Positions 13,291 to 26,303 of a stretch of DNA of 64,000 nt are shown piece by piece (positions within the stretch are counted from its first letter, which is position 1; every line of letters begins with the position of its first letter). The stretch comes from Octopus bimaculoides (lineage: Eukaryota): the NCBI RefSeq assembly GCF_001194135.2, contig NC_068997.1:30614922-30678921 (forward strand). The letters are read 5' to 3'. The position numbers were made by a program, and so were the translations under genes. The notes beneath the pieces were generated by a model. That model saw only the letters and a list, made by a program, of their open reading frames with translations. It was not told the DNA's origin and ran no database searches.

Positions 13291-13817
13291 GAGAAATAAT
13301 ACATTTCTAAATCTCTCAGAGTGATTTATGCAGTAGTTGTATGCTGTCAACTTAATGTAACAGTCCCCTAAAGGGGAGCAGTGCAGCTTCCTAGGTCTAA
13401 CCAACATTAGTATTATTCCCTTCAGGGGACTGTCACATTAAGTTGGCAGCATACAACTACTTCATTGTATCACTACTGCATAAAATCTCTCTGAGAAGTT
13501 TTAGAAATGTATTATTTCTAAATTTGAAATCAGTGAATGTATTTCACTAGAATTATTATATGGTTACAAGAGCTTGGCAGGCATTTCCGACTAGCAGTTC
13601 ATGCTACCCCAGACTGATGACGAGCAATGACTCAGAAACATGTCTCTGGATGCAGACTTAGCTGGGTGGAGGTGCTTGTCTCCCCCTTGTAAACATAAGG
13701 ACACAGGAAATGTATCAATGCCAACAGGAAGCAGTGCAGCTTCCTAGGTTCCTAGGTCTAAACAACATTAGTACCATTCCCTTCAGGAGACTGTCACATT
13801 AAGTTGACAGCATACAA
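13291..13817 (+). mobile_element. Retrozyme-like or Penelope-derived non-autonomous repeat: 353-bp period, partial second unit, 5' inverted duplication
   Basis: gcagtgcagcttcctagg...gcatacaa at 13378 and 13731; 13291-13375 is the reverse complement of about 13418-13519; hammerhead motif inside. Confidence 0.65.
13609..13649 (+). ncRNA. Minimal type-I hammerhead ribozyme motif
   Basis: CCAGA-CTGATGA-cGAG caatga CTCa-GAAA-CATGT-C-TCTGG: 5-bp stem I, exact CUGAUGA and GAAA core, palindromic ACAUGU stem III, GUC cleavage triplet; stem II closing position is a C.A mismatch. Confidence 0.75.
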
Positions 13818-14289
13818 ATAGCATTTTTGTTTTGAAAAGTGGTACTATGAAACTCTCCATCTGGTGGTGTATTTATAAGCTCTTTTTTATGGATTGAGTA
13901 GCTTTCCGCTATCTTTGTATATTCATATATATATATATATATATATATANNNNNNNNNNNNNNNNNNNNNNNNNNNNNNNNNNNNNNNNNNNNNNNNNNN
14001 NNNNNNNNNNNNNNNNNNNNNNNNNNNNNNNNNNNNNNNTATATATACAAACATTAATGACAATTCATTAATGTTAAAAGGAATATATATCTAGGAGATC
14101 ATCCACTTCTTATTTCCATTGTTTTCTAGAATATATTTTACAAAATAAAGCTCTAAAATAAAAAAAAAACCCACAGATATTTGTGTGGCTTCAGTAGATT
14201 TGAAGACAAAATTATTGATCCATGTAAAAATGCAATTATTTATAACAATTAACTGGGGTAATATTAATTCTTGGAATTGCATGCAATGT

Positions 14290-14490
14290 AGTTTTATCAT
14301 ATGTTGCTCTGAAACTCTCTTGATATTTTACGTGAGCAGGTGATACAGCACACTGTTTACTTTCATATGGCCCAACTTATGGCCCATAAATCTCTTGTCA
14401 AAGATTACTCTTTTCTAAGGATTCAAACCAACTTCCTGGTTGGAGATAATCATGTTCTCACAGCACACCGATACCATCTGCACTCAATAA
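14290..14490 (-). mobile_element. Decayed tRNA-like SINE
   Basis: Minus strand has B-box-like GGTTTGAATCC after a tRNA-like head. Confidence 0.45.
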
Positions 14491-16264
14491 GATGTTAACA
14501 AATAATATTTAGTCTGCTGAACAATTCTTGCTACTCGTTTTCCACATCATTCAAATTAAACCCTAGTCAAATTCAAATTAATCCCGAAACATCATTGCTT
14601 ACTAAAATGCAAACCATACATACTTTTATTCAACACACAAATAACTCAGCTCTTATCAATTGTTTATCGCTGCTGAATTATGCAAAACTCTCTGCTCAAA
14701 CTTTACTCTCACACCTGGTTATCTGTGCATATGTAGATTCCATTCTCCCTATCTCGAATTGTTTTCACCAGGACATCCTAAACTAAGATTTCCTGTTATG
14801 ATCGATCGAAGTCTCTACAGCTCTCCTCTAAACACATCTGCATCATTTACCAAATTTCTCCAGTCACTAAAAGACTCTTCTATTATACATTTACCTGAAT
14901 CAAGTGCAGCTACCCCATTTCACCCTTCTCTCAAGCTATCACACTTTCACTGACTTCATTACTAACAACTATTCTTGGCCTTCAAATTCTTCCCATAATG
15001 ATGCTGCTAATGCAGAACCCAAATCTTTTTGTAATCCTTAACTCTCTAAATCATCACTTTGTTTCCTCAATTACAAATGTCCCTGATCAACACATAGAGA
15101 TACACCAAATACACTAAATCTTTTTCTCATTTCCAAACTCAAACTCTACTACTCCCCATTAGCATTTTTAGTGTGGCCCACCTGATACTTCATTGTGTTC
15201 CCTGGTACAACATGAATAATATTATAAGCAAAAATGCATTGGTTCTTTGTGCAGTTGGTACATAATGATATGCATGATGGAACAGGAAAAACAAATACGT
15301 GACATAACTTCTTTTGGAATGACAAGAACAGACGAATATGTCGAAGGATACCTGTGAAAATAAACTTGCTTTCTGCCAGAGATCCGAATTCCACTGTGCA
15401 GTTCACCTCACTAAAGAAGTAGAGGGAAAAGTTTCATTATAAAGCTGACGGTAGGCTCCCGGTGGAGAGACATGAATTTCCCTCCTTTGGTCGGTCTGGC
15501 AAGTGGTCTGATTGGGTAACTTAAAGCATCAAATTGGCACAAACGGGTTTGTCAATGTACGACCATTTGTGGAAAATAAACATACAAACTGCACGATAAA
15601 GTGAAGTATATTTGCAACTTAAATGTGGCTGTCGTTCAGAGATTTAACAAACATACAAACTGTTTTGAGCCTATTAAAGCTTAAACAAGCAAACTGTGAA
15701 CAAAAACTTGCTACAACTACAGAATAATGACCACAATAGAAAATATGAAAACAACAAAAAACTGTAGCAAGACAGAAAATTTTACCTCAACTTCTACGAA
15801 AAATAGCCAAAAGTTCATATAAATGGTTGAAAATCACTTAGAGTAGTTCAGATAGTTCAAAGTGAGAATCTTTAGAAATTACATAAGATTGTATGTCAAT
15901 GGTATGCATAGGGTGTATGTAAGAAGTAATGAGAAATATTTTCTTGTCCAATGACATGAAGAAAATGGTTGCTCAGTGTTTTACACTGGAGATGCTTCCT
16001 TCAGAAAACACTTAAACAAATGAAACTGAAAGAAATAAACACAAAAATATATACGCCAGTGAACTACCACTTTTTCAAAGTGCAACGAACATGGCACATA
16101 ACATTAGAAGAACGTTACCAAAATTAGAGCAATGAGTTTCAGCCAGACATTTTTCAGAATTGATTGAAAGCTCACCACACCCCACAAGAGAAGAGGAAGG
16201 AGGGAAATGGACAGGTAGTTCCCTCCGGAAGAAACATTAATTAAATTGTAAGTACCCTTAAGGT

Positions 16265-19200
16265 TTCATTGAAAATTGGTTGTTTGAATGTGTGTAGTCT
16301 GGGTTCGGTCTAGAAGCAAAGCTGCCTCCTAGCCAAACTCCTGTCATGTAATTTGGATGTTTTTATCACCGCAGAGACCAGAATGAGCAGTCTGCAGGCT
16401 TTCTCACCTCTCTTCAATGGCTAAGAGAAATTTATTTCTACATGCCAGCCTGGAGGTGGGGGAGTGGCAGCTCTGTTCAGGAGGAATCTGGGGTTTATAA
16501 CAGAGTCTATCTTTACAGATCTGGAAGGCAGGCTGGTCATCTTGGATGTGACATGTAGCAGTGGGCAGGCCTTCAGGCTGGTGGGTGTCTATGCACCATG
16601 TAATGCAGGGCAGTCGGACTTCTTTAGATGCCTGGAGACCTTTCTCGGGATGTCTTTCATTCTAGTGGTGTTAGGTGACTTTAACACATTCCTTGATGCA
16701 CGCGTGGATTGTGTTGGCTCGAACCCCAACAGAGAAGGAAACCATCACCTCAGAGATCTGTTTAGCAAGTTTCAGCTAGCAGATCGTTTCAGACTGGACA
16801 ACCCGGATGCTCTACAGTGGACGTGGGTGAATAGCGATGGGTCATCCAGACCTTATCTAGAGGTTATTTGTCAGGACCAGAGATAAGGATAGCGTTAGTT
16901 GTCCACAGTTTGTCATAGTCCACTCTCTGACGACAAATTGTTGGTCAGCAGGGTGGACTTAGATAAGATGATTAGTTAGGGCCCTGGTTACTGGAAACTC
17001 GACAAGACATTACTAGATTGTGAGGAATACAGGAACTAGATTCAGGAACTTGTTAAGAAGGCATCCACTGGTACCATTTTAAATAACAAATGGTGGTTAG
17101 CTCTCAAAAGAGCCATCAAAATTGAGTCAATTAGGTTTAGCAATGAGTTAGCAGCTAGAAAGGCTAGAATAGAAGGGGATCTAGTTAAGGTGCTAGATTA
17201 CGCATTGAGGGCAAGTTGTGCACCTAGAGTTTTGGCGGCGAGATCGGCATTAGACCAACACCTCAATGCCAATCACGAAGGGTGCATAGTCAGAGCTAAG
17301 CTTCATGCAATAGGACAAGAAGGAATCAACGTCGCCAGATGGGCCCGTTTGGTTAGAGGCTCAGCATGGAAACGATACTATAATTGGGTCTTTGATGCAT
17401 CAACATGAGTGGTTGGAAAACGAACCCGATGAAATGTATGAGTTTCTTCAGCTGCACTTCACCCAGCTCTTTGGGAGAAGTGGCACACTGGATTGTAGGA
17501 GGGGGCCATGTGGACTTACTCACCTGTGTACCATGACTCTTGGGGAGGGAAGCAGTGCATTGTGAAGGGCCGATCACAGCCGTGGAGGTGAAGGACGTCT
17601 TGGTCGACTGTGGAAAGGAAAAGTCGCTGGGAAAAGATGGTCTACCCTACGAGTTGTACATAACAATGCCATGCTTGTTTGGGCACCTATTGGCAGCAGA
17701 ATGGCGTATACCCAGTTCTGTGAGCCGGGGCATGGTAGTGCTGATCAGAAAGGACCCAAACAAAGGGGACAGATTATATAATTTTAGGCCCATCACTCTC
17801 GATGGACTTGTTGAGCAGGCGCCAACATGCACCGTTCCAAGCAAGACCATGACAATCTTCTCTTTATATGCTATATTATAGATAGAGCAAATAGAAGATC
17901 TGGTTTAGGTGGAGCTCTGGTCCATTAAGACCAGTCTAAGGCATTCAGTAGGATGGACCACCAATACCTGGCAGCAGTCCTTGAAGTAGCCGGCTTTGGC
18001 CCGACCTTCTGTGGTTGGATCAAGGCTATTTACAGCGAGATTTCGTCGATAGTTCGGGTGAACAAGTCCTTGTCGAACCCCACCCGTATCAGGCGCTTGG
18101 TTCATCGAGGATGTATTGGCATTGGAGCCCTTGCTGTAGAAGGTGGAGGCTCTGGAGGGCGTCCCACGAGATCTCAGTTTTGGAAGAACTGTAATGGCAT
18201 ACGCGGATGACATCACCCTTATTGTATTCAATGGCAACCACCTGCATCAAGTGGATGATGTTATACATGAATACAAGGTGGTGGCAAGAGCAAGTGTAAA
18301 CCACGACAAGTTAGTTGGCTTGCAGCTCGATACCTGGAGAGGCAAGTCGATGCCGTCATACAGCATCATGCGGCATTGGACGAACGGTTCGGTGAAATTG
18401 ATAGGAGTCTGGTTTGGTCCAGACCCGCAGATAGATAGAAACTTGAGTAAGATCACAAGCAGGGTGGCTGGCCTAACCCAGACCTGGTCTGGAAGGCAGC
18501 TACCCCTGAAAGGAAGGGCATAAGTGGAAAATGTATTTATCGCATCTGTCATTACCTACCACCTAACCGAAGTGCCTTGCCCGGATTCATGGTTGGGCAA
18601 GAAGGAGCGCCTACTCTTTTGCTTTTGTGGAAGAGTGGGGTTCCGCAAGTCCAATGATCTATTTGCTGCCTACAACCACTAAAGGGTGGGCTAGGGATGC
18701 TGTGGTTGAGACTGGGGAAACTTGCGCTTCGACTTTGGCACCGCTGGCTTTACCTGGATGTTGAGCAGGTATGGTCTCCATTTGTGAAGTCCATTCTTCC
18801 ACAGTTCATGTCTTTCAGTGAATTGGAACCGTGGATCAAGTGGAAACCCAGGCTGGGTGAATGGCTTGCGGAGTGCCGTCAGGCTCTCTGGCTCCTCTCC
18901 ACAGGGGCAATGTCGGTGGTAGGGGTTTCACTTCATCCTTCTATAGAGGGTTGGTAGAGAGCGAGTGCAACGACGACCTGGGGAGAACTCTGGGCTTCAA
19001 CGAACGTCAGCTTGCCAGCCTGTTTCGGAGAACTCTCAGGCCAGGATCTCTGGAGAGTTACCAGAAATCCCTGGCCTGGCAGTGCTACTGAGAGGCCCTA
19101 CCCAATTTTTGTCGCTATCTTGTCTGAGATGTGGGCGAAGCAGTGAAACACATTCGTGCAATGTCTGATGTTATTGGATCTATGGAACTACACCGAACAC

Positions 19201-19740
19201 TTATTGTCACATTTGGGAAGAGTATTGATGCCGGCCAAATCTATCATCAAGATAGTCTCACCACCTTCCCTTAACAAAGAAGGAAACGTTTGTACCCTTG
19301 TCATGGTACAAGAGGTGATCTGGAAGATGAGAGTGAAAGAAATCGAGACAGGCACCTTCATCTACAGTTGTGGGTTGGTTAACTTTTTCCATTTCCACCT
19401 TAAACAGAAAATAAGACTGGAGAGGAGATGCCTGTTTTTGGATGTGTTTGCGAAAAGATGGAAGAAAGTGGAGAGCTTGATGGGAGTGAATGGCCCAGCC
19501 TAACGGAAGCCATAAGTGTACAAAAAGGTTTCAGTGGTGGTGCATGGGGTGTGAGACCTCCTTTGTCCCCACTTAATTTTTCACTTTTAATTTATGTATT
19601 GTACATATTTTTTACTAATTTTTAATCTGCTAATTCCCACACATTATGTACATGGCTCAGCCACCCCCACTTTCTTTATGTGTTTGTCCGTCATTGTTTG
19701 TCTCCTCTGTGTTGTCCTTTCATGGAAATAAAAAAAATTA
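16265..19740 (+). mobile_element. Tx1/L1-clade LINE ORF2 (APE endonuclease, RT, C-terminal Cys domain), decayed, with 3' UTR and A-rich tail
   Basis: IGCLNVCSLG, RLVGVYAPCN, VVLGDFN, KSLGKDGLPYELY, NFRPITL, MAYADDITLI, KLIGVWFG, CLRCGRSSET; many stops and frameshifts; aataaaaaaaa near 19727. Confidence 0.92.
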
Positions 19741-19799
19741 TTCACTTTTTAGGATCGACCTTCGAACATCATTTTACAAATGCATTCACTCGTGAAATA

Positions 19800-20763
19800 T
19801 AATTTTTTTTCAGTAACATCATACGCTATTTTGTTTAAACTACATAATTATGGCTTACCCATTTGTTCCCATCTTTTCTCATTTATGATTGTGATGATAA
19901 TTCCTGTGCCTAATTGCATTCTGATACTAGTGGTTTCAATTCTTACATTCACAAACTTTGTTTGTTGTAGTCACAACTTTTCCTGTTGACAACTATTTAT
20001 TTTTTCCTTGTTTGTTTCATTTTCCTATCATTCTAGTTTTGCAGTGTGATTTTATATGTCCTGTAAACCTACAATGAAAACACTTTGGTTTTTTATATGG
20101 ACAATCTGTTTTCAGGTGCATCTCATCATATGCCATACATGGGTCTACATCCTGATATTTTTTCTGTTTTTTCCTGCAACATTTTGTCTTTCAACTTTTT
20201 TGCACTCGTCTTATGTGGAAACACTCTTTTCGTTGAATTTCTTCTGTGTCATGCCTTAATTTTAATATCCTGTCACACTTTTCTGACAGTATCTGCAATG
20301 TCAAATCGAGGTTCACTTTCAGTTTTGCTATAATTATCGTTCTCATTTCTGCATCCCTTTTACTTGTCAATCCTTATGCAAGAATCAAACACATAAAAGA
20401 GTCTGGAGTAAGCATATCCTGCCTAAATCTCTCACATTCTTTGTTGAATCTGCCTATGTAAATAATGAAGTCTTCATCTTCGCCTTTTTTTTTGTTTAAA
20501 CATTTGTTGTTGTTTCTGTTTTTGCAACTCAACTACCCCAGTTAACAAGACTTCCATATTTTATGATTTTCGTAAGTTTGCACAAGATTTTTGCTTCTTT
20601 TTTGTCGAGGTATTTACTTTTCCACGTGAATTAAGTTAAACTCACTGCATCAATGTTTTTTTCTCCGTGTAAATTTGTTTTACCTTGTCACCACTGTTGT
20701 AAAGCGGTCTTTTGCCACTGTTGTATCTTGTCTTTTGATGCCAGTTGTTGTTCTGAAAGATAT
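19800..20763 (-). mobile_element. Gypsy gag fragment
   Basis: EDEDFIIYIGRFNKECERF..LILA.GLTSKRDAEMRT..LDLTLQILSEKC and CCHC remnant HLKTDCPYKKPKCFHCRFTGH. Confidence 0.75.
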
Positions 20764-20984
20764 TGTTACATTCCGAAGTCATCGATAGAATGTTTCTATC
20801 TGACACTGTACAGTATTATTATCCTCAAAAGGTTAGATCGATATAATGTTCACTCAGTATCACAGTATAATTACTATATGAGTACAGACACGACTATCAA
20901 CACAGTCTCACACAAACTCTACGTACTCTCGACCTTTTTTTGATGACCGGCAACTGGTCTATTTATAATGGCTGATCCTACCAC
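20764..20984 (-). mobile_element. Probable LTR (TG...CA, 221 bp) upstream of the gag fragment
   Basis: Minus strand TGTGGTAGG...GAATGTAACA with TATAAATAG; no PBS or TSD confirmed. Confidence 0.5.
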
Positions 20985-20994
20985 ATTTTTTTTT

Positions 20995-22265
20995 ACCAGG
21001 AGGAGTATACAGTTTCACTATACAACAGGGTTGTTGGTTGAAGCGATTTACAACCTTCATCCATTGTCTCATGAGGATCTTTTTCTCCCTTGGAATCTTG
21101 TTCCTTTCTGTGTTGGCCTTGTGCTGTTGGACGTATTTCTGGCATATGACTTGCATAACAGACATGAAATACTCTAGTTTCATGCCAATGTCTGGTGTGG
21201 GGAGACATTTTGATCAGTCCTGTCTGAGGAACACTTTTTAGATTGATTTCCAGTCTGCTTTGTGGAAGTTCAGATTGGAGAGATTTTGGGTGCTTCTTTT
21301 AGGTTGCATGTCTCAAGCTACTTTTGGTCCATACATAGACAACTCTATTATGTTGTGATCGGAAACTAATGTTGGCATCACTTTCATGTTATGAATGATG
21401 TCCATATTGTTTGTGAAGCAGAGATTCAATGTGTTATGCGCCCTGGCTGGCTGGAGCACAATTTTCTCCATAAATAGGGCATTGGTGAGGTTGCGCAGGG
21501 ACTCAATTTGTACTTGTCAGCATTGAGTCATTCCTGAGAGCATGAGGCATTCAGGCCATTTGACACGGGGAAAGTTAAAATCACTCATAAGAAACACACT
21601 CATGTGATGTTCCAGTTTCATGAAGGTCTCTTTTGTTCTTGTGAGGCAATCTTCAAACTTGTCCGTGTGGTTTGGAGCATTTGGTAGGTAATATGTATTG
21701 CATATAATTATATTGTGTTGTCTTATGTATACAATTTGAGAGTCACATACTGAATTTGAGCATGACAGTAGGACCTGTAGCATGAGGTCCTCACGGATGT
21801 ATACAGTAACTCCACCATGGCTCCTTTCCCTTCTGTCTGCTTACAGTATGGTATATTTTGGTACGTGTACTTCTGCATCCTCTATATCAAACCTAAGATG
21901 AGTTTTCATGAGGGATATGAATAGGGCTTGATTGCATGCAACAAGGTCTCTCAGGAAAAATATTTTGTTTTTGTTGTGATGCAACAAACCTCCAATATCT
22001 AGTAAAAATACTGGCATGACGACTGTTCTGGTGTTAGGGGCGGCGATACTATGTCTGTTGATTGTGGTCGGTGGTCTTGCACAGTGGTGGGCAAGGTTCA
22101 TTGTTGGTTCGTGATGCAGCCAGGTCAGCTGCTGCACAATTGTTTATGCCATGCACAAAAATGACTCTTGCTCAGCTACTGCCTTTTGCATAACATCTGG
22201 AAGAGCACACTTCTGCATACTTTCTCTTTGGAGATGATTGATGCCTCTCTTCTGGGAAGTATTTC
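20995..22265 (-). mobile_element. CR1/L2-like LINE: ORF1 tail and endonuclease region, decayed
   Basis: LFISLMKTHLRFDIEDAEVHVPKYTIL, IIICNTYYLPN..KFEDCL..VFLMSDFNFPRVKWP. Confidence 0.8.
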
Positions 22266-22274
22266 TCTTTAAGG

Positions 22275-24305
22275 CACCTTCCAATTCTTGGTGCTGATGA
22301 AGAAGCAAAGAATCAATTTTACCAAGACCTAAGTGACATGATTGTCAACATACCACCAATGGACACACTATTGTTACTATGGAATTTCAATGTAAGTGTA
22401 AGAAAGAATCATCGGATAAAGGAAAATGTCATTGGTAAAGGCGTCAGGAATTGTGACTGCAATGGAGTTCTGCTACTAAGTCTATGCATGGAACATAATT
22501 TATTCATTACGAATCCTCAATTTCGACTTCCAACTCACTTTGAGACCACATGTCTGCATCCCTGATCCAAACACTGACATCTGATAGACTATGCTATTAT
22601 ACAGCAACAAGAGAAATGAGACATTTTCATCACCAAAGTGGGCTTTAATGCCGAAGATTACTGGAGAAATGATCGCCTTATCACTTCACGTATGAGAATC
22701 ACCATTCATAAAAGGCCAAAGATGCAACATGAACCATCATATGATAGAAGATACAACATCTCGAAACTTCAAAACCCTGACACTGGAAGCACCTTTGAAA
22801 CACAAATGAATCAGTAAACGACCAATCTAAATGACAAATCAAGACTGGTTTTATGAAAACATTGAACTCAACCTGGTTGAGCAAAAATGAATAATGGACT
22901 GGCTCATGTACAAGACTGAATATCCAGACTAAAACAAATGCATTTCCAGAAGCTAAAACAGGGATTTCAAAGAAAACTAAGAATACTGCAGAATATTTGG
23001 GGACATGAAAAATCAGTTCAATATCAAGGCTATGAAGATTCACGTGACCTCAGAAATTTCTAAGCTGGAATGAAACAGCTATTTGGACCAGTATGAAAAT
23101 CAACTGGATTCTTTCCAGCAGCTAACAAAACAATTTTCTGGACTGATCCACAGGACATACTACAATGCTGAAAGGAACATTTTCCATCCTTGTAAAGAGA
23201 AGCTTGAACACAGCTGGGAACTTCCTGAGGAACATTCCAAATCATCCCTTTCAGCTGTAAATCAATATGAGATCTACTTTATCGGAATTCAAGCAAGTGA
23301 TGAAGCAAATGTGATCAAGGTAGTTTTCAGGCCTAGATAACGTCCCTTTCAAGCTGATCAATCATGGATACTTACCCTTTTAAATCTGCATCTTCTCCCT
23401 CATACTGAAGATGTAGGAATCCCAACATCTTTCTAAAGGACTATAGAGAAATATAATTACTTTCCATCACTGGAAAGGTCTTTGCCAGGATCCTTTTAAC
23501 TGGATCAAGACCATCGCTGAAAAGATCCTACCAGAATCTAAATGTGGATTCCGTACCTCTCATAGCATGAAACCCACATTGGATTCCATGCCACAAGTGA
23601 AAAGCAAAGAACAACAAAACCCCATTTACCTTGTTTTCTAAGACTTAGAAAAGGCCTTTGATAGCATTCCAAGAGCTGCAATGTGAAAGGTTCTTCGTCA
23701 ATTTGGATTTCCTGATCAATTTACCTCTATGGTTTAAGCAATGCATGACAATATGTCTGGATGTGTATTCCACCAAAACATGCTGTCAGAAGAATTTCCA
23801 ATTAGGTGCATATTAAAACAAGGATGTATTTTGGCACCAACGCTATTCTCCTTGTGTCTGGTTGCAATGCTTCAGAAATTTCCCCCAGATAATCTAAACA
23901 GATATCAATATGATGGTGGACATTTTAATCTTAGTAGATTTTAATCTAAACATCTAACACATCTCAGAACTTCAATATGCTGATGACAAAGAACTCAAAC
24001 AGACTGTGAACAATTCTGCTATGACCCACCATCGCTTTGGCATCAGAGTAAACATTAAGAAAACCAAGGTCCTTGCTTAATCAGCCCCAAATACCATCCT
24101 AGCTGATTTTGATGTTAATATCTCTGATACACTTCCTGAACAAGCAGAGTATTTTTAATATCTGGACAACCTTTATCAAACAAGTGCACCTCACAAAAGG
24201 ATATAGAACACAGAATTGGAAAGTTAACCAAATGTGTCTTCAACAATAAAGATCTTAAATGAACAATGAAAATCATGATCAATAATGCTGTTATCATTAT
24301 AGGAC
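22275..24305 (+). mobile_element. RTE-clade LINE (endonuclease C-terminal half and RT), heavily decayed
   Basis: ADEEAKNQFYQDLSDMIVNIPPMDTLLLLWNFN, DLEKAFDSIPRAAM, LKQGCILAPTLFSL, QYADD-like caatatgctgatgac. Confidence 0.85.
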
Positions 24306-24734
24306 TATTGGACCGGTTTCAATTGTAAGGCTAAAATATCATTCATTATGTTCTTTTTCTTTTTTCATTTATCTTTATTTTTGCTCTGAAGACAATAGCC
24401 TTGAGCTGGCAGTCGCCTATATTTTCAGTCAATAAGTCAATCAATTGATAAGACTGAACCATGAATGCACCCAAACACATATCTGAAATAGCTGTAGAAA
24501 GCTTAAGAAGTATTTCACCAAGATTACTAATCTGTTATATATATATATATAAACAAGTATTAAATAAGTCTGTGTGAAAAGAAGTTGTTCTTTCCTTGAG
24601 GTATTTATCCAAGCATACACCAGTTTAGCTCTATATTGATGAACGATACCAGAAATTCTACATATGCATATGTACTTGTGTTTATCATTGGTTCCTCTTT
24701 GATATTAATATGTTACACTTTCGAAATTCCAATC

Positions 24735-24974
24735 ATTGCTATTGGTGTTGTATATTGTCAACTTAATGTGACAATCCCAATAAGGGAATATACTACTGCT
24801 GTTTAGCCCTAGGAAGCTGGACCGCTTCCTGTCGGGCTAAACAGCAGTAGTATATTCCCTTATTGGGATTGTCACATTAAGTTGACAATATACAACAACT
24901 TTATCGTATCACTACTGCTTAAATCTCTCTGAGAGATTTAGAAATGTCTTATTTCTAATATTGCTATTGGTGTT
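24735..24974. repeat. Perfect 64-bp-arm inverted repeat (24746-24809 / 24834-24897) from the 13.3-kb repeat family, flanked by a 15-bp direct repeat
   Basis: Arms checked base by base as exact reverse complements; attgctattggtgtt at 24735-24749 and 24960-24974. Confidence 0.9.
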
Positions 24975-25146
24975 ACCATTTTTTTGATATAGGGGAAAAC
25001 TTTTTAACAGTACAAAGAAAATGGAGAATGCATACACAGAATAATCAATATATTTATTATAAAAGTCAATTCATGTTGCCTCAGCACATTTCAGTTTCTC
25101 ACTTAAGTCCATATTTATGCATTATGAATTTGAAAAAAAGCAAAAT

Positions 25147-26303
25147 CCTTTATCAGGGTAAAATTGACTTACAATGAAAAATGTGGGCACAGACATGTTA
25201 ATATTCTTAAGTTATTACATCTGGAAAAGTACAAAGTACAGAACAAGGTTTCTGCAGTAGAATTTGCCTAATTTGTCACCTCTAAAGGAAACTAAAACGT
25301 ACTTAAAACTAAAATTCTACTATACTTAAAATATTGCAGCTGAGAATGCATTTTTAGAATATACTATATTTTATTAAAACAAAAACTATAAAAATATTAT
25401 GGGTTTTTCCAAAAATAAGCCATCTAATTATAAGCCTATAGAAACTCTTTTCATGTATATCCCCAGTAATTTTTATTATTTTTAGAAGAAAAATTATTTA
25501 AGCAAAATTATATTTAAGTCTGTATTTAAGCCCATGGGCTTATTTTTGGAGAAAGCAGTATTTTAAAAATGAAATAAGATTTATTTTTAAAAAATACAGT
25601 AGAATTCACGTAATTAGTCATCCGTAGGAGAAAACTGAAAGTGATGAATTAGGTGAAGTAATGAATTAGCAAAAGCTGAATTAGACTAAATCTATTATAC
25701 CAATGCTAACTAATAAACTTTACTTATGATTTATTTGTCAGATTAAATTGTTTTTTTTTTTTAATGTGAAAGAACTGACTGAGCATGTGGTTGATTTGAA
25801 ACCATTTAATGATAATTTTGCTGCAATCAATGATGGGTTTTTTTGTAATGGGATTTCAATTGAAGTGAAAAGAAATCTTGTGCAATACTATTTACAACTT
25901 CATATTTTAGTGTTCGTACTTGATACAACTAAATAAAATGACTATTTTAATTGTATATTTCAAAAGAAATGGTTAAAAAGATTTTTTTGTTTAAATTTAT
26001 TTTTCATTATTTTTGTACCATACTTTTAAAGATTTAATTGTTTTTAGATTCTCATAATAAATAAAATAAATTATCTCAAATTTTCCTAATATAAGGTATT
26101 TTAATTTTTAAAATGTTATTCTCGGCTGCAATAGAATTTTAATTTTAAATATCTTTTAGATTCTTTTAGAAGTGACAAATTAGGCAATTCTACTGTAGAA
26201 GTCTTGTTCTGCACTTATCCAGGTGTAATGACTTAAAAATATCAACATACATGCATGCAGCCGCATTTTTCAATGTAATCCACTTTTTTCCAGGCAATAA
26301 AGG
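25147..26303. mobile_element. Old DNA-transposon-like element with about 140-bp diverged terminal inverted repeats
   Basis: 25147-25285 is the approximate reverse complement of 26166-26303 (gtgacaaattaggcaa.ttctact..aga..cttgttctg). Confidence 0.6.
25405..25554. mobile_element. Small MITE-like element nested in the above
   Basis: ttttccaaaaataagcc ... ggcttatttttggagaaa inverted ends. Confidence 0.5.

Noticed and set aside
14560-15540. Open stretches with an RNase H-like IYICTDNQ and unassigned peptides
   Set aside because: Single weak motif, many stops, no supporting domain context.
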